A stretch of DNA of 15,054 nt from an uncultured archaeon (lineage in GTDB: Archaea; Asgardarchaeota; Lokiarchaeia; Sigyniarchaeales; Promethearchaeaceae). How positions within the stretch are numbered: the stretch's first letter is position 1; each line of letters begins with the position of its first letter. Where the stretch lies: contig CAYRPF010000058.1 of the NCBI GenBank assembly GCA_964426185.1, forward strand, positions 5,349 to 20,402, read 5' to 3'. The position numbers and the translations under genes are program-made. Shown in pieces: positions 1-7,184 of the stretch. The notes below the pieces were generated by a model. The model was not told where the DNA came from. It saw only the letters and a list, made by a program, of their open reading frames with translations, and made no database searches.

Positions 1-259
1 TTATTTCTGAATATTGAGGATATGAATTTATTAAATTTTCAAAGGAAACCACTTCAAAATCATCGAATTCAAACCCAGGCGATACAACACATCCCACTAA
101 GCAAAATGATTTTTTATCTGCTAATTCAGCTCCAAAAATGATATTGGCGGGAATCACCACTTAAGGAAAATGTTCAGAAATTATTGTATTATCCAAGAAA
201 AAGCGCTTATACCCTTCTTTTTCAGAAAAAGTATGAAATATAGCGGTAGAACTAAAAAA
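1..259 (-). pseudogene. 5'-truncated, nonsense-interrupted cupin (DUF985/Cupin_5-like) gene remnant that runs off the window edge
   Basis: Manual minus-strand translation gives FFSSTAIFHTFSEKEGYKRFFLDNTIISEHFP*VVIPANIIFGAELADKKSFCLVGCVVSPGFEFDDFEVVSFENLINSYPQYSEI. This matches the C-terminal half of DUF985 cupins (PQxVVP..WFGA...F.LVGC.V.PGF.F.DFE...L...YP). An in-frame TAA at 161-163 sits where the conserved Gln is expected. The N-terminal HPEGG half is absent. Confidence 0.85.
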
Positions 260-261
260 AA
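254..261 (-). terminator. Archaeal-type oligo-T terminator candidate
   Basis: T8 on the minus strand immediately after the TAA of the 1272-aa gene. Confidence 0.55.
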
Positions 262-3200
262 TTATAAGGGTTTACCACAGAATTCACAGAATACATTGTG
301 AGAATTATGTTGAATATACCCACATTCCATACATTTCTCATTTTCAGCACGTTTTAGTGGTCGGTTAGTTTGCCTATCGAATGCTTGTAGTCTTGCCCTG
401 GTCACCGAAGATCGAACTTGATTATTTAAGTTTTCTTGGACTTTCGGAGGTTTTATCACCCGGGCTTGCTTCATAATCCTTTGTTTTCTCTTAAATTCCC
501 GAAGTTCTTTTGTAGTTTCAAAATGGGGTGTTTTTTCTTCAGCATCTAAATCATATTTAACTAGTATTCTTTGAATAGCAGGTTTTTCTGCCTCAGTACT
601 TTTCACAGACTCAGATACTCCAATCATTTTAGTTTTTTGTAAAGCTTGCTCAATCTCGGCTTCTCTATCGATTTTTTCTTTTAATTTTTTCTTTTTCTTC
701 TTTTGATATTTTTTATCTGTTGGATCAAATTGAAGAGTGCAGAGTTTCATTAAATCGCTGATTTCATTTACTAAATCCTGGGCTTCGAGATAATGGGCAC
801 GTTCTATATAATCTTCCAAGACAAAATAAGCCACTTCACCTTGTTTCCCTTCAACTAATTTTAAGAGTCGTCCTTTAACATCTTTTGTAATAGCATCAAT
901 TTCCTTTGAAATTAGATTTTCAATTCTATTATAGTTCGAATCAAGGTATTGTCGTAAAGCATCTAACACAGGGCTATCGTGATGCTCCAAATCAGAACGA
1001 ATTTCTTCTAAAAGAGCACGTGCTTCCATAATTTGGCTTGATTTTTCTTTAACTAAAGCATTATCAATGCGGATTTTGAAATTCTTATGCGATTGACACA
1101 TTAATAGATATTTGTTAATTTCTGCATTGAATTTATTTACTGCCAAACTTTGAGATTTTGCCTTTAATTGATTTAAAGATTCAGCGGCTTTTACAAAATC
1201 CAAAGCATTTAACTCAGATTCTAAAATTTCTTGTAGATCCGAGCGAATTTCATCTTCACGTTTTATATTATCATTTTCTAGTGTTTCTTGAAGAGACATA
1301 ATTGCTTCTTTTACTTGGGGGAAAACGGCAATGTTGTCTTGAACTTGATTGATCAATGTTTTAATTTCTCGTAAAGTTACTATGAAATCTTCCATTTTAG
1401 CATATTTTTCTGCTAATAGATTATGTCTTTTCATAAATTCATCGTTTTGTACTACTTGATTTTCTAAAACGACAATTTGTGTTCGGAGAACTTCTTCACC
1501 TAAACGTTGAGCTCGAATTTGATAATTCTTTAATCTCTGTAAAATTTCTGTAAAATCCAAAGCGGTAGTGCAACGCTCTTGAATTTCGTGAAAATCTGCA
1601 GTTAATTTCTCTTTTCCATCTTTCAAAGCAGTTTGGATTTCAGAATTTAATAAATTAACTGCATCATGGAGAGCAACACAATAAAAACGCGGTGTTCTTT
1701 TATTAGTACTGGTAATCGAATGTAGCAAAGATTTTGCTTGTTTTTCTGCATGATGGATATCTCCTTCTTCAAAAATCTTTTGAAGTTCTTCATACTCTGC
1801 TAATTTTGCACGATTATCATCCAATTTTCGATGTAAATCTTGGATAACAGAATTAAATTGAGTTAAACCAGTTAATTGAATACGTTGTTCTAATTCTTTA
1901 AGTAAATCCTCCGATCGATTAAAATCAAGAGATTCATCCAAGATATTGTGGAACTCTTCTATTCTATTTTTAATATCTTCTTCTTCCTCAGCAATTTTCT
2001 GTTCCAATTGCTCTAAAGATTTTTGCAGATTTTGAATTAATAGAGGTTCGTATTTATCTTTGTGTTTCATTACGGTTTTTAATAAATGAGTTAATCCTTC
2101 TTTTGCTATTTGAAGTTGATTTTCTTGAATTTTCGCTTCATATCCTACTTGTTCAGTTTGAATACGTTGGTTTTCAACAATACGTTGAGAAAGATCCTCA
2201 ATTATTGAGATATATTGGTTAACACCTGTTTTTTCCGCTTGAATTTGGCAGTTGGCTAAGATTTCAGAGGCGGCAAAAAATTCAAGTTGCGTGCTTAGAA
2301 GTTCTTGCGCTTTATCAATTTGTTCTTTAATAGATACGGTTTCATCATTGATTGTTTGATCAAGTTCTTTTTCCAGAGATTTAACTTCTTGAATTAATTT
2401 CTCAAAAATGTTTTTCTCATTCTTTTTAACCATTTTATTTAATTCGATTAAACGTTCATGAGCAATTTTTAGCTCTTTTTGCTGAATTAGATTCTTTATT
2501 TCTGAATGTATCTTGGCTATCTCAAAATTTAGTTCGAGTAATGATTGTTTTTGCTTCACAAGATTTTCTGTTGAATGATAGGCTTGTTTGGATGCGATAG
2601 CTAAAGATTTTGATAAAGCATCACGTGCATTTTGAAATAACAAATCTTCAGCAAGATTATTCCAAGTTTTTTCAATTTCTTGGATTAATAACGATTCTCC
2701 TTCATTTCGACTTTTTGAAATTTTTTGATCAAGTGAAACTAGTATATTTTGTATATTCTCAAGAAGTGGAGTGACTTCTTGTGATTCTTTTATTTTTTCT
2801 TTTAATTTTTCGATTAAACGGAAAGCTTCAAGATAATCACCTGTTTCGTACACTTCTTTAATTTGTTTCAATTCAAGGTTAATTCCTTTGTTGAAAGAAA
2901 TAGTTGATTGTTGTTGTTGTAATTCTTTTATAAGACCTTCTAGAGAAAATTGAACAAAATACTTTTCTTTACTATGTAAAATATCAAGAGCTTCTTCAAA
3001 TTCAAAATTCAAAGCTTTATTATTAGCCAGATCGATTGTTTCATCCTTTTCTTTGGTGTAGTTTTCAATCATGGAAACAATTTTAGCGATTGCCAATTTC
3101 ATTTCCAATTTCTTATCTGAATATATAAAAAACTCAGGATTTTTAGTGAGTTCTTCAGCTTCTTTTAAACTTTGCAAAGCTTGCGGAAGATTTCGGAGAT

Positions 3201-4080
3201 CTTGACCCACATGGAGTAATTTATTAAATTTAATTAGTTTTAGAGTTATTTTAAACCTTTGAAAAGTGGATTTGAAGAAATATCCAATTTTAGTAGCGAT
3301 ATTAAACTCTGGTACATCTTTAGATATTTTCTTGAAGTGCTGTACAATGTCTCCTTTTTGAGTTTGCAATTGTTTAACAATAGATGGATGAATTTTAAGA
3401 GTATTTTTTGTTGAATTATTTCTTTTTGTTATATAATTTTCACATTGTGTTAAAATATAAAGATTGTATTTTAAAATCGCTTCTTGTTTATTTTTAGTGA
3501 GGGTTTCATAATCTAATGGTAATTCTATTAGTTCAAGGGAACGTAAGCACTTAATATTTTCCTTAATCTGGTGATTTAATCTAATAGATTCATTGACCCA
3601 AGAATAAAATCCTAATTTTTTGGCATTTTGAAGAAGATTTCCTAATTCGAGTTTAGCAGGAATAAAATCGGCACTTGTATACAATTTAAGAGCAGAATAG
3701 TACTTTTTTTGAATTGATTGAGTTTCTGCTCTAATTTTTTTTGAAATTTCTTTTAGCTCGGTATTAATTTCATCCAATAACACTGCTCGATCTTTTAAAT
3801 CATTTTCCCCCATTATCTCAAAATTTGCTTCTAAAAACAATCGTTTATGAAAGAGATTTGAAGTTCTTTGACTGAAGAACTGATTTACATGAAAATATAT
3901 GTTAAAATAGAAATTTTTTAGATTATGAAGAATTTTTTGCATATTAGTTGCATTTTCGTCAATTCCAGGTGCAAAAGTTATCTCTGCGGGATGAATTTCG
4001 GCACCACAAGCTTGACAATATCGAGCGGTGGAATCTTCGATAGGCGCGTCACACTGATTACAATGATCAGACTCACTCAT
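262..4080 (-). CDS. Large all-alpha-helical repeat protein with N- and C-terminal CxxC-x11-CxxC zinc ribbons (function unknown)
   Basis: 1272-aa ORF with ATG start and an upstream GGAG. Zinc ribbons at C7/C10/C22/C25 and C1250/C1253/C1265/C1268. The core is E/K/Q/L-rich with internal repeats. No Walker A motif, catalytic motif or TM helix seen. Confidence 0.9.
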   Translation of the reverse strand: MSESDHCNQCDAPIEDSTARYCQACGAEIHPAEITFAPGIDENATNMQKILHNLKNFYFNIYFHVNQFFSQRTSNLFHKRLFLEANFEIMGENDLKDRAVLLDEINTELKEISKKIRAETQSIQKKYYSALKLYTSADFIPAKLELGNLLQNAKKLGFYSWVNESIRLNHQIKENIKCLRSLELIELPLDYETLTKNKQEAILKYNLYILTQCENYITKRNNSTKNTLKIHPSIVKQLQTQKGDIVQHFKKISKDVPEFNIATKIGYFFKSTFQRFKITLKLIKFNKLLHVGQDLRNLPQALQSLKEAEELTKNPEFFIYSDKKLEMKLAIAKIVSMIENYTKEKDETIDLANNKALNFEFEEALDILHSKEKYFVQFSLEGLIKELQQQQSTISFNKGINLELKQIKEVYETGDYLEAFRLIEKLKEKIKESQEVTPLLENIQNILVSLDQKISKSRNEGESLLIQEIEKTWNNLAEDLLFQNARDALSKSLAIASKQAYHSTENLVKQKQSLLELNFEIAKIHSEIKNLIQQKELKIAHERLIELNKMVKKNEKNIFEKLIQEVKSLEKELDQTINDETVSIKEQIDKAQELLSTQLEFFAASEILANCQIQAEKTGVNQYISIIEDLSQRIVENQRIQTEQVGYEAKIQENQLQIAKEGLTHLLKTVMKHKDKYEPLLIQNLQKSLEQLEQKIAEEEEDIKNRIEEFHNILDESLDFNRSEDLLKELEQRIQLTGLTQFNSVIQDLHRKLDDNRAKLAEYEELQKIFEEGDIHHAEKQAKSLLHSITSTNKRTPRFYCVALHDAVNLLNSEIQTALKDGKEKLTADFHEIQERCTTALDFTEILQRLKNYQIRAQRLGEEVLRTQIVVLENQVVQNDEFMKRHNLLAEKYAKMEDFIVTLREIKTLINQVQDNIAVFPQVKEAIMSLQETLENDNIKREDEIRSDLQEILESELNALDFVKAAESLNQLKAKSQSLAVNKFNAEINKYLLMCQSHKNFKIRIDNALVKEKSSQIMEARALLEEIRSDLEHHDSPVLDALRQYLDSNYNRIENLISKEIDAITKDVKGRLLKLVEGKQGEVAYFVLEDYIERAHYLEAQDLVNEISDLMKLCTLQFDPTDKKYQKKKKKKLKEKIDREAEIEQALQKTKMIGVSESVKSTEAEKPAIQRILVKYDLDAEEKTPHFETTKELREFKRKQRIMKQARVIKPPKVQENLNNQVRSSVTRARLQAFDRQTNRPLKRAENEKCMECGYIQHNSHNVFCEFCGKPL
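730..3063 (-). repeat. Degenerate protein-level tandem repeat of ~119-123 aa, 6-7 copies
   Basis: Anchor (L/F)-(D/E/L)-F at F361, F482, F601, F720, F843 and F962, with a degenerate copy at 1081 (spacings 121, 119, 119, 123, 119, 119). Leu recurs at +7, small/Gly at +18, Asn at +36 (N397, N518, N637, N756, N879) and a second hydrophobic-xx-A helix start at about +55. Confidence 0.8.
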
Positions 4081-4107
4081 TTTTAATTACTCCAACATTG
4101 ATCCTAT

Positions 4108-4128
4108 TGTTGTTAGATCTTAATAACA
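4108..4128. promoter_or_regulatory. Imperfect inverted repeat upstream of the large repeat-protein gene
   Basis: TGTTGTTA-GATCT-TAATAACA with 7/8 arm match, in the 92-bp intergenic region. Confidence 0.3.
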
Positions 4129-4172
4129 TTGTGCTAAGTGCTTCGCATAACGAAAAGCTCATTCTTGATCAT

Positions 4173-7127
4173 TTAGCGCGATTTTTTTAACTTACACTTA
4201 ATCGTTCTAATTTCAAAGGGAGAAAAATCAAGAATTAGTTCAGTTGTATCTGAACTCCATTTCAAATCTAAAGGAATTTTGGGACGCTCAAGCAGATCAG
4301 TCTCCCAAATTTCTTCAATTAAAGAAGCAAAATCCTTTGGAAATTGGATAATAGATTTTTTGTGGGTAAAACCACAACGTTCGATAAATCTCAAAATAAC
4401 ACTGTTATCTTTATTCCATTGTTCTGGTTTTATAACTGACAACTCTATTCCGGTTTGAAGATCGAAGGAAAAAGAATGAATATCAGGCAAATTATCTGAT
4501 TTTTCTGGCTCGCTTTTTAGTTTAAATGAATTGAATGAATAAATAACAATAGGATGGTTAAATTCTTCCGCCATTTTTGGTACGAAAGTAGAAGGGGCTT
4601 GTTTTTCATTAACCAAACACCCCCCTACATGAGGTAAAATCGCAAATCGGCAGCTGGTTGGACCTATGCCAGAATATCTCAGGGGTTTACCCTTCCCTTC
4701 ATTTTTACGCTGTAATCTTTCAAATTTCACCCAAGATTCTGCAGAAGGTCGGGGATACTTTGGTGATCTATGCATTGAGATTCTTATTCGCCCTCCAGAA
4801 GCATCATACGCATATTTACCTTCATTTATGATGGCAATTCCCCATTTGTTATCGGGAGTGGAGATATCAACATATTTATGCATAACTTTTTCAAATCTGG
4901 CAATATCAGCGGGTGTTTCAGGTAAAGTTGAAGAAGAAGAAGCGCAATACATCTGATCCGAAGTTACAGAAGTTGCTTGGGTGTTAGTAAATAAACCTAA
5001 TTTTAATAAAGTGTCAGGAAGTTGCCAATTGGCGGCCCAACTGCAATAAATTAAAGGATCATCATGAAAAAGACTAATTTTTTGAATTACTTTGGAATTC
5101 TCAAGAGTTCTTTGAATTTTTAGAGTGCTGAAAATTGGACCTTGATCTACAATGGAAATCTCCAAGTCTTGCCTTTGGTTGAAGTTCAGCGGGTATTTCC
5201 AATACTCTTTTTGTATATCCCAAGCAGGATATTCAGAAGAACCCTTATCTTTATATCCCTCCAATATGAAATTCCTTTTTCCATAAATTAAGTTTTCCCC
5301 TTTATTGATTTTTCTACCCTTAACGGAAATTAAACTTCCCATATGTGGATCAAATTCTAGAGATACCTTTCCGTTAGTAATACGGGGCGTCTTTCGCAAA
5401 GAAATAAATAATGGAGGTGATTGAACGGATTCAAATCTAATTTCTCCTATGATTGCGCCATGAGGATCCATCTCAATAATCGTCCACCAACCTTCTTTAT
5501 GATTATTCATATTATCTTGAAATTCTGCCTTAACAGGTTGACAAATGGATGAACGAAGTTTTCCATTATAGTTATAATACAAGCGCGCATAGGGCAATAG
5601 ATTGGATTCTGTATTAGTGGATGATTTGAATTCCCTAATGAGACATTTAGGAATGAAAACTCGAGATTTTCGGCGCCAATTAAGGGGATTAAAGAAGAAA
5701 ATAAGGTTTTTAGTTTTAAATTCCGAGGGAACATTGTGTGGAAAATAATTTAGAAGTTGCGAGAGTATCTCATCGAGATTTTTATCGACTTGGGAAAATA
5801 ATTTAAAAACATCGTCTAAAACCTCTGGAACACAGCTTCCAGGTAAGACATCATGAAATTGGTTTAATAAAAGTGTTTTCCAACTCCTATCAAACAGATA
5901 AGATGGGAATTCATAATTCGGGTTCATTAGAGAACATAATGTAGCCAAGCGTTCTATATCTAAAATTCGATTTTCTAAACGACGGTTGTGCCTCTTTACA
6001 GCACTATGAACCGTGAAAGTTCCCCGATGAGCTTCTAAATAGAGTTCGTCATTCCAAACAGCTAAATTATTTTGATATTTCTCTATTTCTGAAAAGAAAT
6101 TATGAACCATTGACCAATTCCATTGAATCCCTTGAGATTTTGCAAGCTCGCTTAATACTTGCATCTGAGCGACTTCATAATAAGCAGGACCATGCCCTCC
6201 ATCACCAGCTCCCCAAAATAGTCCAACTGGTCGAATAATTTTATTGCGGTTAATAATTGCCGCAATTCTTGAAAAATCATCCTGGTAATTCCATTTATTC
6301 TGATTTGTGTCTTTTATTGTATAATGCCCAAAAGGGTAATCCTTCCATTGATCGAAGATTTCTCGATTTTGGGCGAAATTAGCGGTTATTAACTGCGTCC
6401 CGTCAGGAGATTCCCAGATAAAATAGATGAATGGAAATTTATTCTGTTTATTCCAAGTTAGTTTTGTGGTCCAAAAATACTTTGCCCCAGATTTTGCTAA
6501 TATTTGCGGTAAACCTTTATTATAACCGAAAGAATCTAAAAACCACTCTACTTCTGGAAGTATGCCGAATTCTTCTTGATAAAACTTCATCCCATATAAT
6601 CTTTGCCTTACAATTGATTCTCCACTAGGTAGCATGCAATCGGGTTCAACCCAAGAACCTCCAACTAATTCCAGTTGCTCTTTCTTATGAATAGAAAGTA
6701 AGGAACTGAAAAGTTCTGGATCATCTTCCTTTATCCATGATAATAGTTGGGGGCTGGAAACGGCAAAAACAAATTGATGGGGGAATTTCTTCGCATGTGC
6801 TAACACTTTCTTAAGAGTAGTTATCCCTTTTTGCCGAGTTTGCTCATAACGCCACAACCAAGCCATATCAATGTGGGACTGCCCCACCATAAAAAAATCA
6901 AAGTGTGATAAGGCTTCGGGCAGAAGTTGATGGTTCCATTGCTCAAGCTTTTCTTCCATTTCAGTTCTAAACTCGAGAGATTGAAGTTGATTTTCAAAAT
7001 ATTCTTCCATATTCTTTGAATCATCCAAATCTTGTTCAGAAAATTGACTTGGATCTAATCTTTCAGAGCCAGAAACAATCCCAATTTCTCCAGTTTTACG
7101 ATAAGAAAGCTGTTGTTTGGAACCCAT
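4173..7127 (-). CDS. Glycoside hydrolase family 38 alpha-mannosidase (class II, Zn-dependent), cytosolic
   Basis: GH38 motifs QSHIDMAWLW (Zn-binding HxD), LVGGSWVEPD, WFLDSFG (nucleophile Asp), GAGDGGHGP, ELYLEAHRGTFT, LLNQFHDVLPGS and C-terminal ETDLLE and PFEIRT. No signal peptide. Confidence 0.95.
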   Translation of the reverse strand: MGSKQQLSYRKTGEIGIVSGSERLDPSQFSEQDLDDSKNMEEYFENQLQSLEFRTEMEEKLEQWNHQLLPEALSHFDFFMVGQSHIDMAWLWRYEQTRQKGITTLKKVLAHAKKFPHQFVFAVSSPQLLSWIKEDDPELFSSLLSIHKKEQLELVGGSWVEPDCMLPSGESIVRQRLYGMKFYQEEFGILPEVEWFLDSFGYNKGLPQILAKSGAKYFWTTKLTWNKQNKFPFIYFIWESPDGTQLITANFAQNREIFDQWKDYPFGHYTIKDTNQNKWNYQDDFSRIAAIINRNKIIRPVGLFWGAGDGGHGPAYYEVAQMQVLSELAKSQGIQWNWSMVHNFFSEIEKYQNNLAVWNDELYLEAHRGTFTVHSAVKRHNRRLENRILDIERLATLCSLMNPNYEFPSYLFDRSWKTLLLNQFHDVLPGSCVPEVLDDVFKLFSQVDKNLDEILSQLLNYFPHNVPSEFKTKNLIFFFNPLNWRRKSRVFIPKCLIREFKSSTNTESNLLPYARLYYNYNGKLRSSICQPVKAEFQDNMNNHKEGWWTIIEMDPHGAIIGEIRFESVQSPPLFISLRKTPRITNGKVSLEFDPHMGSLISVKGRKINKGENLIYGKRNFILEGYKDKGSSEYPAWDIQKEYWKYPLNFNQRQDLEISIVDQGPIFSTLKIQRTLENSKVIQKISLFHDDPLIYCSWAANWQLPDTLLKLGLFTNTQATSVTSDQMYCASSSSTLPETPADIARFEKVMHKYVDISTPDNKWGIAIINEGKYAYDASGGRIRISMHRSPKYPRPSAESWVKFERLQRKNEGKGKPLRYSGIGPTSCRFAILPHVGGCLVNEKQAPSTFVPKMAEEFNHPIVIYSFNSFKLKSEPEKSDNLPDIHSFSFDLQTGIELSVIKPEQWNKDNSVILRFIERCGFTHKKSIIQFPKDFASLIEEIWETDLLERPKIPLDLKWSSDTTELILDFSPFEIRTIKCKLKKSR

Positions 7128-7148
7128 AAGAAAAGGAAAAGGAAGTAA

Positions 7149-7158
7149 TTTTAAAAAA
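7149..7158 (-). promoter_or_regulatory. TATA-box candidate for a leaderless mannosidase transcript
   Basis: Minus-strand TTTTTTAAAA 22-31 nt upstream of the ATG at 7127. The pyrimidine-rich stretch before the ATG has no SD. Confidence 0.45.
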
Positions 7159-7184
7159 TTTGGGTAATTGTCATAAAAAATTCA

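Noticed and set aside
161-163. TAA-to-Gln recoding as the explanation for the cupin stop
   Set aside because: TAA terminates most intact genes in the window, and the remnant also lacks its 5' half.
1-164. Plus-strand open stretches at the window start, including a frame with an internal TGA (possible Sec)
   Set aside because: The minus-strand frame has clear cupin motifs, so the plus-strand frames are antisense shadows.
262-4080. SMC/Rad50 or tape-measure identity for the giant protein
   Set aside because: No Walker A/B or signature motif, no hinge or central Zn hook, and no phage context.
4134-4172. AUGA-containing hairpin (SECIS-like) and 12-codon mini-ORF after the mannosidase stop
   Set aside because: The stem is weak, there is no opposing GA for the kink-turn, no gene here has an in-frame TGA, and a mini-ORF this short is expected by chance.
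4666-7024. ORFs 4666-4956(+), 5507-5734(-), 6431-6628(+) and 6821-7024(-)
   Set aside because: Short, motif-less frames nested inside the GH38 gene.
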